Notes under the pieces: generated by a model | What the model was told of the DNA's origin: nothing | What the model saw: only the letters and a program-made list of their open reading frames with translations | Databases searched by the model: none | Position numbers and translations under genes: made by a program | Assembly (NCBI GenBank): GCA_002269645.1 | Contig: NIVC01000244.1 | Span: 1 to 64,000 of the forward strand | DNA length: 64,000 nucleotides | Direction of reading: 5' to 3' | DNA from: Macrostomum lignano | Lineage: Eukaryota | Shown: positions 11,401 through 24,400 of the stretch, one piece after another | How positions within the stretch are numbered: position 1 is the stretch's first letter | Layout of the letters: each line of letters starts with the position of its first letter

Positions 11401-12184
11401 GGTATTTTTCAGGACAGGAATTTTTCAGGGTTCACCCAGTCTCAGGTTGTTAATTATGGGGAGGTAAGCGCATGTGTCGCCGCAGATGTGTGAGCAGTTA
11501 AACGCATTAGAACAAAACCAAATTCAATCTAGTTATTTAAACCACAAAATTTGCTATAGTCTACAATTATTTCAAATTGTTTACGCTCGTATTAGTACAC
11601 AAATTCCAAACTCGCTACTTATAGTAAGCCACTGCAAGTTCTACGAGCGTGGTTGCCTCACCTTGTGGCCCTATATATTTATTAATTGGTGACACCTGTG
11701 AAAAATAATTTTTACAGGTAAATAATAACTTACATATTGCTGCACAGTATGTTCTGGTTTATTATATGCTTTATTTGCCCCGTGCTCCCCGAGTTCAATT
11801 TTTCCTGAATATCATGCGACATCACGAGCGGGTCGAATAATTGGAGAAGTGGGGGATAAAAATGAATAATTCATCCGTTTTAGGCGGTTTGAGCCTGTCC
11901 GAGAAATTCACTAGCAGTAACTAACTAACTGGGGTGACAGCTGCAATACAAAATTCTAAATTATCTCTTTAGTGGCAGCACATCAGCTAAGATATACGCT
12001 CGTAGGATGAGGCCACTACATAAGTTGAGCAAAGTAAAGAGCTACTTAAGCTTTAAATGAGATTGCAAAGCGCTTAGAATTTTTCCTGCATGTACATTAA
12101 AGAGCTGGTGCCACGAAAACGTCTGCAAATCCGCTTGGAAAACTAAATTCAGTTTCGAGGGATTTAGAGGGCTTCAAGGGTGTA

Positions 12185-15100
12185 GACAGACAGACCTTAG
12201 ACACAGGTGATAAAGTGACTGGCAGACAGACAGTGACACAGGTGAAAAAGTGACAGGCAGACAGACAGTGACACAGGTGAATAAGTGACTGGCAGACAGA
12301 CAGTGACACAGGTGAATAAGTGACTGGCAGACAGACAGTGACACAGGTGAATAAGTGACTGGCAGACAGACAGTGACACAGGTGAATAAGTGACTGGCAG
12401 ACAGACAGTGACACAGGTGAATAAGTGACTGGCAGACAGACAGTGACACAGGTGAATAAGTGACTGGCAGACAGACAGTGACACAGGTGAATAAGTGACT
12501 GGCAGACAGACAGTGACACAGGTGAATAAGTGACTGGCAGACAGACAGTGACACAGGTGAATAAGTGACTGGCAGACAGACAGTGACACAGGTGAATAAG
12601 TGACTGGCAGACAGACAGTGACACAGGTGAAAAAGTGACAGGCAGACAGACAGTGACACAGGTGAATAAGTGACTGGCAGACAGACAGTGACACAGGTGA
12701 AAAAGTGACTGGCAGACAGACAGTGACACAGGTGAATAAGTGACTGGCAGACAGACAGTGACACAGGTGAATAAGTGACTGGCAGACAGACAGTGACACA
12801 GGTGAATAAGTGACTGGCAGACAGACAGTGACACAGGTGAATAAGTGACTGGCAGACAGACAGTGACACAGGTGAATAAGTGACTGGCAGACAGACAGTG
12901 ACACAGGTGAATAAGTGACTGGCAGACAGACAGTGACACAGGTGAATAAGTGACTGGCAGACAGACAGTGACACAGGTGAATAAGTGACTGGCAGACAGA
13001 CAGTGACACAGGTGAATAAGTGACTGGCAGACAGACAGTGACACAGGTGAATAAGTGACTGGCAGACAGACAGTGACACAGGTGAATAAGTGACTGGCAG
13101 ACAGACAGTGACACAGGTGAATAAGTGACTGGCAGACAGACAGTGACACAGGTGAATAAGTGACTGGCAGACAGACAGTGACACAGGTGAATAAGTGACT
13201 GGCTGACAGACAGTGACACAGGTGAATAAGTGACTGGCAGACAGACAGTGACACAGGTGAATAAGTGACTGGCAGACAGACAGTGACACAGGTGAATAAG
13301 TGACAGACAGTCAGACCTTAGACACAGGTGAATAAGTGACTGGCAGACAGACAGTGACACAGGTGAATAAGTGACAGACAGTCAGACCTTAGACACAGGT
13401 GAATAAGTGACTGGCAGACAGACAGTGACACAGGTGAATAAGTGACTGGCAGACAGACAGTGACACAGGTGAATAAGTGACTAGCAGACAGACAGTGACA
13501 CAGGTGAATAAGTGACTGGCAGACAGACAGTGACACAGGTGAATAAGTGACTGACAGACAGACCTTAGACACAGGTGAATAAGTGACTGACAGACAGACC
13601 TTAGACACAGGTGAATAAGTGACTGACAGACAGACCTTAGACACAGGTGAATAAGTGACTGACAGACAGACCTTAGACACAGGTGAATAAGTGACTGACA
13701 GACAGACCTTAGACACAGGTGAATAAGTGACTGGCAGACAGACAGTGACACAGGTGAATAAGTGACTGGCAGACAGACAGTGACACAGGTGAATAAGTGA
13801 CAGACAGTCAGACCTTAGACACAGGTGAATAAGTGACTGGCAGACAGACAGTGACACAGGTGAATAAGTGACTAGCAGACAGACAGTGACACAGGTGAAT
13901 AAGTGACTGGCAGACAGACAGTGACACAGGTGAATAAGTGACAGACAGTCAGACCTTAGACACAGGTGAATAAGTGACAGGCAGACAGACAGTGACACAG
14001 GTGAATAAGTGACAGACAGTCAGACCTTAGACACAGGTGAATAAGTGACTGGCAGACAGACAGTGACACAGGTGAATAAGTGACAGACAGACAGACCTTA
14101 GACACAGGTTAATAAGTGACTGGCAGACAGACAGTGACACAGGTGAATAAGTGACAGACAGACAGACCTTAGACACAGGTGAATAAGTGACAGGCAGACA
14201 GACAGTGACACAGGTGAATAAGTGACTAGCAGACAGACAGTGACACAGGTGAATAAGTGACTGGCAGACAGACAGTGACACAGGTGAATAAGTGACAGAC
14301 AGACAGACCTTAGACACAGGTGAATAAGTGACTGGCAGACAGACAGTGACACAGGTGAATAAGTGACAGGCAGACAGACAGTGACACAGGTGAATAAGTG
14401 ACAGACAGACATACCTTAGACACAGGTGAATAAGTGACTGGCAGACAGACAGTCACACAGGTGAATAAGTGACTGGCAGACAGACAGTGACACAGGTGAA
14501 TAAGTGACTGGCAGACAGACAGTGACACAGGTGAATAAGTGACTGGCAGACAGACAGTGACACAGGTGAATAAGTGACTGGCAGACAGACAGTGACACAG
14601 GTGAATAAGTGACTAGCAGACAGACAGTGACACAGGTGAATAAGTGAGTGGCAGACAGACAGTGACACAGGTGAATAAGTGACAGACAGTCAGACCTTAG
14701 ACACAGGTGAATAAGTGACTGGCAGACAGACAGTGACACAGGTGAATAAGTGACTAGCAGACAGACAGTGACACAGGTGAATAAGTGACAGACAGACATA
14801 CCTTAGACACAGGTGAATAAGTGACTGGCAGACAGACAGTCACACAGGTGAATAAGTGACTGGCAGACAGACAGTGACACAGGTGAATAAGTGACTGGCA
14901 GACAGACAGTGACACAGGTGAATAAGTGACTGGCAGACAGACAGTGACACAGGTGAATAAGTGACTGGCAGACAGACAGTGACACAGGTGAATAAGTGAC
15001 TGGCAGACAGACAGTGACACAGGTGAATAAGTGACTGGCAGACAGACAGTGACACAGGTAGACAGAGTGACACTGGCAGATAGAGTGACACAGGTAGACA

Positions 15101-15522
15101 GTGACACTGGCAGACAGACAGAGAGATACAAACAGAGTGACACTGGCAGACAGTCCGAGTGACACTGGCAGACAGGCAGAGTGACACTGGCAGACAGGCA
15201 GAGTGACAATAGCAGACAGGCAGAGTGACAATAGCAGACAGGCAGAGTGACACTAGCAGACAGGCAGAGTGACACTAGCAGACAGGTAGAGTGACAATAG
15301 CAGACAGGCAGAGTGACACTGGCAGACAGGCAGAGTGACACTAGCAGACAGGCAGAGTGACACTAGCAGACAGGCAGAGTGACAATAGCAGACAGGCAGA
15401 GTGACACTAGCAGACAGGCAGAGTGACACTAGCAGACAGGTAGAGTGACAATAGCAGACAGGCAGAGTGACAATAGCAGACAGGCAGAGTGACACTAGCA
15501 GACAGGCAGAGTGACACTGGCA
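12185..15522. repeat. 35-bp minisatellite (about 80 copies) grading into a related 22-bp array
   Basis: gacacaggtgaataagtgactggcagacagacagt to ~15060, then ggcagagtgacactagcagaca up to the donor at 15528. Confidence 0.97.
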
Positions 15523-15528
15523 GCTCAC

Positions 15529-16315
15529 CCGCCGTATAAAAGACCCCCTTGGCGGCCAGGAAGACCACAGCCAGGACTGCCAGCAGCACGGCGGTCAGGT
15601 AGACGCCAACCAGGGCCCGCTGGCGCAGCTTCTTTCGCCTGACGCGTCGCTGCTCTTCCGGCGAGTCCGGCGTCAGCCTCGAGTCCACGTGCAACTCAGC
15701 AGCGGCAGACTCGGCGCAGCCGGTTGCCGCCAGCTGTTGCTGCGTTGACGAAGCGACAGAGGCTGCCAACGAGCGGATCGACGCCTCGATGTGCTGCCGC
15801 TGCTGCCGGAGCTGCTGTAGCTGACGCAGCTCGTCGTCGTCCTCGTCGCCGTGGTAATTGGCGAGGTTTCCGTCGACCGTGTCGTTTGGCAGAGTCAGCA
15901 GAAACGACGGCGGCGTCAGAGTCCGGCCGCCAGTTGACGGCGTCGGCGTTGCCGAATTTGACGACGGCGGGGGCGGCTCGGCCAGCCGGAGGACCCGCAG
16001 GCGCGGGCAGCCGGCGGCCAGGTGCGCCTCCGCCGCGGACGCTGGGTGGTGCAGCTCCACAGAGCCGCCAATGTCACCGGAGCCACCCAGCAGCGACCGG
16101 GAAGCCGACAGGTTCTCGGCCCGGTGGCGCTCCTTGCTGTGCTCGCTGTGCGCGAACCGGAAGCCGCCGCCTGCAGATGAAGATCCGGCGGACGCCCCTC
16201 CAGTTGCCGCCGACACAGAGCCAGCCACAGAGGAGGGCCGCCGGCCGCTGCCGCCGCCGCTACCGCCGCCGCCGCCTCCTCGACCAGCTGAGCCAGTCCA
16301 CAGTGAGGTCTGCAT
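15529..16315 (-). CDS. First coding exon of an uncharacterised single-pass membrane protein (low-complexity N-terminus, C-terminal TM helix)
   Basis: ATG at 16315 opens a 262-codon GC-rich frame. It ends RRVRRKKLRQR-ALVGVYLTAVLLAVLAVVFLAA-KGVFYTA, then a GTGAGC donor at 15528 (phase 1). A tentative last exon at 10970-10939 (acceptor atttcag) would add EVSGKEHHHD*. Confidence 0.65.
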
Positions 16316-16431
16316 TGAAGGGACCGCGCGATCGACTGTAGCAGTTGCAGCGCTTTTGGGTTTTTAATATCGCTTTGGGTCGAGAGGGGGGGCAACTGCT
16401 GCTGTTGTAATTTTGCACTCGCGGGGTCGCC

Positions 16432-16439
16432 TATTTATA
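16432..16439 (-). promoter_or_regulatory. TATA box (TATAAATA) of the orphan membrane-protein gene
   Basis: TATAAATAG on the - strand about 117 nt upstream of the ATG at 16315, with no intervening ATG. Confidence 0.45.
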
Positions 16440-17714
16440 GCTGGCTGCAATTGCGGCTAGCGTGCAAACTGAGCCTCTTAACGGAGAGAGCGCACGGCGA
16501 GCAGCGGCTGAGATGGATGGACTATAGAGAGCCAAACGGTTACTCGCTCGTGGTGCGTGCCACTTGTTTCTCCGCTTCTCTCTGCCTCTCTGTCTGTGCG
16601 CGCGCTGAAGTGCGACTTGCGGCAGAGGTCGCGTTCGGCTCTCACCGAAACTAAAGTAGTTTAAAGGATTTTCTCTCTACTCTTTCGGGTTGCTGCATGG
16701 CTGGCCGCGCACACGAAAGACTGACAGTTGCGAGACAGTAGAGAGCGCACACGATGTGGGCCAAGACAGCGGGGCAGAGAGGGCTGTCGCAGCCAAATCA
16801 AATTGCGGTCTCCTCTGTAATAATTTCTCCCCTTTAATTCTCTCTCTGAATTCTTCTACTGTTTTTCGTTTCCGTTGGTTGGCCGCTGCTCCAAGGTGAA
16901 AGGAAAATACTGAAAAAGTGCTTCTAGCGGTAGTTTAAGTGAGATCTTCATGCTATGGAATTGATTGTTTGCTCTCCAACGGCAAGAGCACCGACTCCCC
17001 TGGGCTACTCGGCAAACACATTCGTTATGGGAATGGAACTAGTGAATATTGGAATTTTATTAACACTCATTTTTAGCGCGTATAGCACGTATATACCTGA
17101 CCGTGCGATTGCTCCATCAACCAGAGGGCTGCTCCATGGCAACCGATATGCCTCTCGAGCTGTTCTCAGCAGCAGTGAAGTCTGCAGTACTACAGAGCCT
17201 CGCTCAGACTGTTAAGAAACGCGTCTGCAATGCGTGCAGTCTGACGCGGCAGTTCAACCGTGAGGGTTTGCAGGAGCCGCGGTAACAGCTGCAGGAGGGA
17301 AGTCCAGCTTTAAATACAGCCCGGGCCAGCCAGAGGCTTCAATATACAGTAAATAGCCACGGCTGAGGGATCAAGCGCAGGGGATTTGAATCCCCTTCTA
17401 AATGCAAATACACGCGGCAGAAGCTGTCGCCCATTCAGCACAGGGGGGGGGGTTGCCAGAGGCCCCGCAGCTCTAACCTCTATGGCTCCCCCGCGTCTCT
17501 CCGTGTGGGAGAGCCTGTGTGCTCACAGCGATCTCATCTTTTATCACTATCACTCTATGCACTCGTTCACCCGCCATTCTTTCACTCTTGCAATCAACCA
17601 ATTCACATCTAAGTGACTCTCCCCAGTACCACATTCACTAGCTCCTACGCTCGTACATGTACAGTTAGGTCCCTCATGAGACCCCTTATTTACTTAGCCG
17701 TACTACACCCCCGC

Positions 17715-19200
17715 CCTGTCACACTGACCCCAATCCCCCAGTAGTCACTCCAGACACGCTGACCCAAACTGACTCCAATCCCCCAGTAGTCACTCCAGAC
17801 ACGCTGACCCCAACCCCCAGTAGTCACTCCAGACACGCTGACCCCAACCCCCAGTAGTCACTCCAGACACGCTGACCCCAACCCCCAGTAGTCACTCCAG
17901 ACACGCTGACCCAAACTGACCCAATCCCCCAGTAGTCACTCCAGACACGCTGACCCCAACCCCCAGTAGTCACTCCAGACACGCTGACCCCAACCCCCAG
18001 TAGTCACTCCAGACACGCTGACCCAAACTGACCCCAATCCCCCAGTAGTCACTCCAGACACGCTGACCCCAACCCCCAGTAGTCACTCCAGACACGCTGA
18101 CCCAAACTGACCCCAATCCCCCAGTAGTCACTCCAGACACGCTGACCCCAATCCCCCAGTAGTCACTCCAGACACGCTGACCCCAATCCCCCAGTAGTCA
18201 CTCCAGACACGCTGACCCCAACCCCCAGTAGTCACTCCAGACACGCTGACCCCAACCCCCAGTAGTCACTCCAGACACGCTGACCCCAACCCCCAGTAGT
18301 CACTCCAGACACGCTGACCCCAACCCCCAGTAGTCACTCCAGACACGCTGACCCAAACTGACCCCAATCCCCCAGTAGTCACTCCAGACACGCTGACCCC
18401 AACCCCCAGTAGTCACTCCAGACACGCTGACCCCAACCCCAGTAGTCACTCCAGACACGCTGACCCAAACTGACCCCAATCCCCCAGTAGTCACTCCAGA
18501 CACGCTGACCCCAACCCCCAGTAGTCACTCCAGACACGCTGACCCCAACCCCCAGTAGTCACTCCAGACACGCTGACCCAAACTGACCCCAATCCCCCAG
18601 TAGTCACTCCAGACACGCTGACCCCAACCCCCAGTAGTCACTCCAGACACGCTGACCCCAACCCCCAGTAGTCACTCCAGACACGCTGACCCAAACTGAC
18701 CCCAATCCCCCAGTAGTCACTCCAGACACGCTGACCCCAATACCCCAGTAGTCACTCCAGACACGCTGACCCCAATACCCCAGTAGTCACTCCAGACACG
18801 CTGACCCCAAACTGACCCCAATCCCCCAGTAGTCACTCCAGACACGCTGACCCCAAACTGACCCCAATACCCCAGTAGTCACTCCAGACACGCTGACCCC
18901 AAACTGACCCCAATCCCCCAGTAGTCACTCCAGACACGCTGACCCCAAACTGACCCCAATACCCCAGTAGTCACTCCAGACACGCTGACCCCAAACTGAC
19001 CCCAATACCCCAGTAGTCACTCCAGACACGCTGACCCCAATACCCCAGTAGTCACTCCAGACACGCTGACCCCAAACTGACCCCAATCCCCCAGTAGTCA
19101 CTCCAGACACGCTGACCCCAATACCCCAGTAGTCACTCCAGACACGCTGACCCCAATACCCCAGTAGTCACTCCAGACACGCTGACCCCAATCCCCCAGA
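17715..19200. repeat. 34/35/44-bp C-rich minisatellite
   Basis: gaccccaacccccagtagtcactccagacacgct, with an optional gacccaaact insert. Confidence 0.95.
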
Positions 19201-19889
19201 CAATCACTCACTTGTCTGACTACCTTAGCAATCAGTCAATCTCATATCATGCATCTATACTAAATGCTCCCCTACTCATTCTCAATTTGGGTGTAGATCC
19301 TGCATGTTGTACTTGCATAACTTAGCAGAACTCACCCCCTCGCATTGGGGAGGTGGCAAGGAACGCCTGAGCACTGCATATTTGCTACTCGCATTGGCAC
19401 AGCATGCGCCCAGACTGACCAGTGAAGCACACAAAAATTCTGCACTAAAACAAAACGATATGATTTATTATTTTCTTCTCGTACCCAATGCTCGTATGCG
19501 TGAGACGCTGGCCGTAGCAACCACAATAACCACCAAATCCAATGCACTGTTCTCAAAGTTATATAAAAAATAGAAGAGGAACTGAGATATTGATTTAATT
19601 TAAAATAGAATTACATTAAGGAAATTTAAGTACTATTACATTCTATTAATTTGTATACTACTTCCATGGTAATAATATTTCGCGAAAGTAAAGGGGTAAA
19701 ATGTCATGAATGATTGCACACAATTCGACACAAATGTGGCTGGGACAAAATAGCAGAAAGAAAGATTGTATAAAACAAGACAATTTTGTCAAACAAGACA
19801 AAATAACACATTTAGACAGGGTAAAATAAAATACCCATCTAAACGAAATTAAGGGAACAAAAATATATGGCGCTGAAATCAACGGGTCT

Positions 19890-20222
19890 CCGATTGGCTG
19901 GCCAATCAGTGCCTATATATCTTTAGCTAGTCTCTAATTGGCTAGAGAATCAGTGCCTACATCTCTAGCTAGTCTCTAACTGGCTGACCAATCAGTGCCT
20001 GCATATCTCTAGCTAGTCTCTAACTGGCTGACCAATCAGTGCCTGCATATCTCTAGCTAGTCTCTAATTGGCTGGCCAATCAGTGCCTGTACATGTATAT
20101 CTCTAGCTAGTCTCTCATTGGCTGGTGAATCAGTGCCTGCATATCTCTAGCTAGTCTTTAATTGGCTGACCAATCAGTGCCTGTATATCTCTAGCTAGTC
20201 TCTAATTGGCTGGCCAATCAGC
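19890..20222. repeat. 44-bp minisatellite carrying CCAAT boxes
   Basis: atctctagctagtctctaa(c/t)tggctg(a/g)ccaatcagtgcctgcat, about 8 copies. Confidence 0.88.
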
Positions 20223-20838
20223 TACTTTACATGAAACACATCAATAGCGGAAGGGATCCAGTGGATGAGAGTAACTGTTGAATAGTAAAAAGCATTCTAA
20301 ATATAAAGATAATAAAAAAAACAAGGCTGAGAGCCCTGAAGCGACTAGAAAACCTTTGCAGTTCGGACTAGAGAGAGAGAGCGCGCGCAGCTGCAAACGA
20401 TAGGAACAGCATTTAGGATATTCACAATGCATGATTGACTCTAACAAATTGAAATATGGATCACAGACTGTGTAAAAATAATTCGTGCGAAATGACTTTA
20501 GCTAAGATAAATAAACTGTACAAAATTCGCTGCGCACCTACTTATAGTAGTAGAATGCTTTAGGTCAGTAATACGCCATCTCTATATGCATAAGTTAGTT
20601 TAGCAAGCTCAGGGATTGAATAACACAGAAATTAATAAAAAAACAGACTCACTTAATGCGGATACAAGTTTAAAAAAACCAGAGTATTTTTAACATCACA
20701 GCAGCGTTATCGGTGGACCGGCGTTATCGGTGGACTTCATGCACCGGCTTTGCCTATGACAGTCGAGTGTGAACTAACTGACTTTGGAAAGCTTTTATCT
20801 TAATGAAGTCTAGAGTGATTGCACATTCTGACCGCAGC

Positions 20839-21442
20839 CACTGAGGATCTGGGAGGCTGGCCCAGCAACTGAGGATCTGGGAGGCTGGCCCAGCAACTGA
20901 GGATCTGGGAGGCTGGCCCAGCAACTGAGGATCTGGGAGGCTGGCCCAGTAACTGAGGATCTGGGAGGCTGGCCCAGCAACTGAGGATCTGGGAGGCTGG
21001 CCCAGCAACTGAGGATCTGAGAGGCTGACCCAGCAACTGAGGATCTGGGAGGCTGGCCCAGCAACTGAGGATCTGGGAGGCTGGCCCAGTAACTGAGGAT
21101 CTGGGAGGCTGGCCCAGCAACTGAGGATCTGGGAGGCTGGCCCAGCAACTGAGGATCTGGGAGGCTGGCCCAGCAACTGAGGATCTGGGAGGCTGGCCCA
21201 GCAACTGAGGATCTGGGAGGCTGGCCCAGTAACTGAGGATCTGGGAGGCTGGCCCAGCAACTGAGGATCTGGGAGGCTGGCCCAGTAACTGAGGATCTGG
21301 GAGGTTGGCCCAGCAACTGAGGATCTGGGAGGCTGGCCCAGCAACTGAGGATCTGGGAGGCTGGCCCAGCAACTGAGGATCTGGGAGGCTGGCCCAGCAA
21401 CTGAGGATCTGAGAGGCTGACCCAGCGACTGAGGATCTGGGA
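20839..21442 (-). repeat. 28-bp minisatellite, reverse complement of the 9430-10495 array
   Basis: ctgaggatctgggaggctggcccagcaa, about 21 copies, starting about 10 nt after the predicted par-3 stop. Confidence 0.95.
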
Positions 21443-21452
21443 GACAGGCGAT

Positions 21453-24400
21453 TCAAGCAAGCAGAGGTGCAGCTGCAGTCAAAAGCACATTATTAAAAGA
21501 ATTATTAGGAGTCGCTAACTGGCTGCAGTTTCCGATTCTTGATGACGGTGGCGTAGAGCTCTTCGCCAACCACAGCGCTGACAGAGGGGGCGCCACCAGC
21601 ACTGCCAGCAGCTGCTTCAGCACCGGCCGCGCCAGCCCCGCCTGCGTGCTGTGCGGACTGTAGCGCGCCGGCGGCGGCGGTGGCAACGGCGGCGGAGTCG
21701 GCGGCGGAGGTGGCAGCGGCGGCGGCTGCGTAGGCGGCGGAGGCGGCGGCGGCGGTTGCGGAGGCGGCGGGGACAGCGGCGGCGGGGAGGAGACAAGCCA
21801 GGCGTGGCCCGAATCGGGCCTGAGGCCGCCAGAATTGGACGGCGGCTCCGAGCTGTCCAGCTTGATGGCCAGCGGGCGCGGACTGCCGCCCTGGTTGCGG
21901 TGCTGCTGCGTCAGCTGCTGCTGCTGCAGCTGGTGCTGGTGCTGCGACTTTGACCGACCGGGCCGACGAAGTCTGAGAATAGTGGGGACTTGGTAAATAA
22001 ATATATTTAGCAAAGATATCAGTAAGACTGAGGCACGCGGAACTGGAAACACCACCAGACGAAAGCTCCTTGAAGACACCATCCGTGAGGACCCATTTCT
22101 GAGAAGACACATCTCTGAAGACACAGAATTGAAGACACTCTTGAGGACAAATTTCTAAAGACATTTCTAAAGACACCCCCGAAGCCACATCCTTTAAGAC
22201 AAATCCCGAAAACACATCCCTGAAGACACATTCTTGAAGACACATCCCTGAAGACACATCCCTGAAGACACATCCGAAAGACACATTCTTGAAGACACAT
22301 CCCTGAAGACACATCCCTGAAGACACATCCGAAAGACACATTCTTGAAGACACATCCCTGAAGACACATCCGAAAGACACATTCTTGAAGACACATCCCT
22401 GAAGACACATTCTTGAAGACACATTCTTGAAGACACATCCCTGAAGACACATTCTTGAAGACACATCCCTGAAGACACATTCTTGAAGACACATTCTTGA
22501 AGACACATCCCTGAAGACACATTCTTGAAGACACATTCTTGAAGACACATCCCTGAAGACACATTCTTGAAGACACATTCTTGAAGACACATCCCTGAAG
22601 ACACATTCTTGAAGACACATTCTTGAAGACACATCCCTGAAGACACATCCCTGAAGACACATCCCTGAAGACACATCCGAAAGACACATTCTTGAAGACA
22701 CATCCCTGAAGATACATCCCAAAGACACATTCTTGAAGACACATCCCTGAAGACACATCCGAAAGACACATTCTTAAAGACACATCCCTGAAGACACATC
22801 CCTGAAGACACATCTAAAACGGTACCTAACGGAGTTATTAGGCATGGGAGAGTTTTGATCGGATATCATAGATGTCGATATGAAAAATCAATTATCAATA
22901 AGCCATCAGCTCACTTGAACAGGCCGCGCAAGAAGCCTCTTTTGCCGCCAGACTGCGGCGGCTGAGCATTTAACTGAGTCGCAGGCTGAGGAGTCTGGGG
23001 AGGATGCTGATGGTGCTGCCGCTGCTCCCTAGGCAGACCGGATGGCAGCGGCACAGTAGGTGGCAGAATTGGCGGCAGCGGCACCGGCACAGCCTCCGCC
23101 CGATGCTCCATCAGCACCAGAGCCTGCCGATTGATATGATCGAAGCAGTGCAATCCGCTCTGAGCAGCCGCCCTGAGCACACCAGCCGTGTTCTCATAAT
23201 CGGCCGATGCGGCTTTATTATGGTCACTGCCATTGTTGTCGCTGGAGCCGCCGGACAGAGAAGCAGCGGCGGATGAGGAGGACGAGCGGGAGGACGAGGA
23301 GTCGTAACCAACGTTGTTGTTCACGCTGTAGTACAGCTGCTGCTGCTGCTGCTGGGGACGGCTGGCGCTGCTGAACGGGGCTGCTGTAAAATAATTGCAA
23401 CAGAAAGATGTTCGCTACTGGCTACTATCAGTTGAGTAGTAAGATGGTAGGCTCTGGCCATTCACTGCTGCTCAAGCGCTGCCGCCCTATCGCAGCAGGG
23501 GGACTGGAGCTAAGATCAGTTTTCCATTCTATCACTGTGGCTCCCTGTAGGCGTAGGGGGACCCGAGCATACTAACCACAGCCAACTCTGCTTAACTTGC
23601 AGCACTGGCCCACTCCAGCTTATATTCACTCGCCTAGTTGTGAAGCAAGTTTAAAAACACAAAAATAATTAAATTAAACTTGGGGACTCGAACCTAGGAC
23701 CACCGACGGGAGTTTCCAGGGAAGAGTAAAATACCATTAATTAAATGAAACGAAAATTGGGACTCGAACCTAGGACCACCGACAGGGAGCTTCAAGGCTA
23801 AGAGTAAATACAATCAAATAAATGAAACGAAAATTGGGACTCGAACCTAGGACCACCGACGGGAGCTTAGAGTAAATACCATCAATTAAATGTAACTAAG
23901 CTTGAGACTCGAACCTAGGACCACCGACCGGGGTTCCAAGGCTGCACCTGCTGTTTCCGACGAAGTAGCCGCCGTAGTAGAACTGGCACCGCAGTCGCTG
24001 TTAACATCGGCAGCGACGACTGCCTCGATGGCTGAACGACGCCTGGCTGGTCGATGGGTGCGCAGCTGCACTACGCTGCCGCAACCTGACGGGGGGCTGG
24101 CCACGCTGCTGCGGGGTTAATTAGCCATTGATTGGGAATCATGGCCGAATGGCTAAATACCGGTTGGGGAAGATATCTGTTGGGGATACCTAAATACCGA
24201 TTAGGGATGCCTAAATACCGGTTGGGGAAGATATCTGTTGGGGATACCTAAATACCGATTAGGGATGCCTAAATACCGGTTGGGGAAGATATCTGTTGGG
24301 GATACCTAAATACCGATTAGGGATGCCTAAATACCGGTTGGGGAAGATATCTGTTGGGGATACCTAAATACCGATTAGGGATGCCTAAATACCGGTTGGG

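Noticed and set aside
9422-15341. Long ORFs of the SSVAGPASQILSC and SLSVCQSLIHLCHC type
   Set aside because: They are overlapping translations of 28-bp and 35-bp minisatellites that are open in all three frames.
19332-19445. Possible - strand exon (ttttag acceptor, gtgagt donor)
   Set aside because: No recognisable product and no in-phase partner exon could be assigned.
16316-21452. Idea that par-3 continues by splicing into the 15529-16315 exon
   Set aside because: The par-3 frame closes with TGA at 21453 without an obvious donor, and the downstream ORF has its own TATA box and ATG. Not excluded without transcript data.
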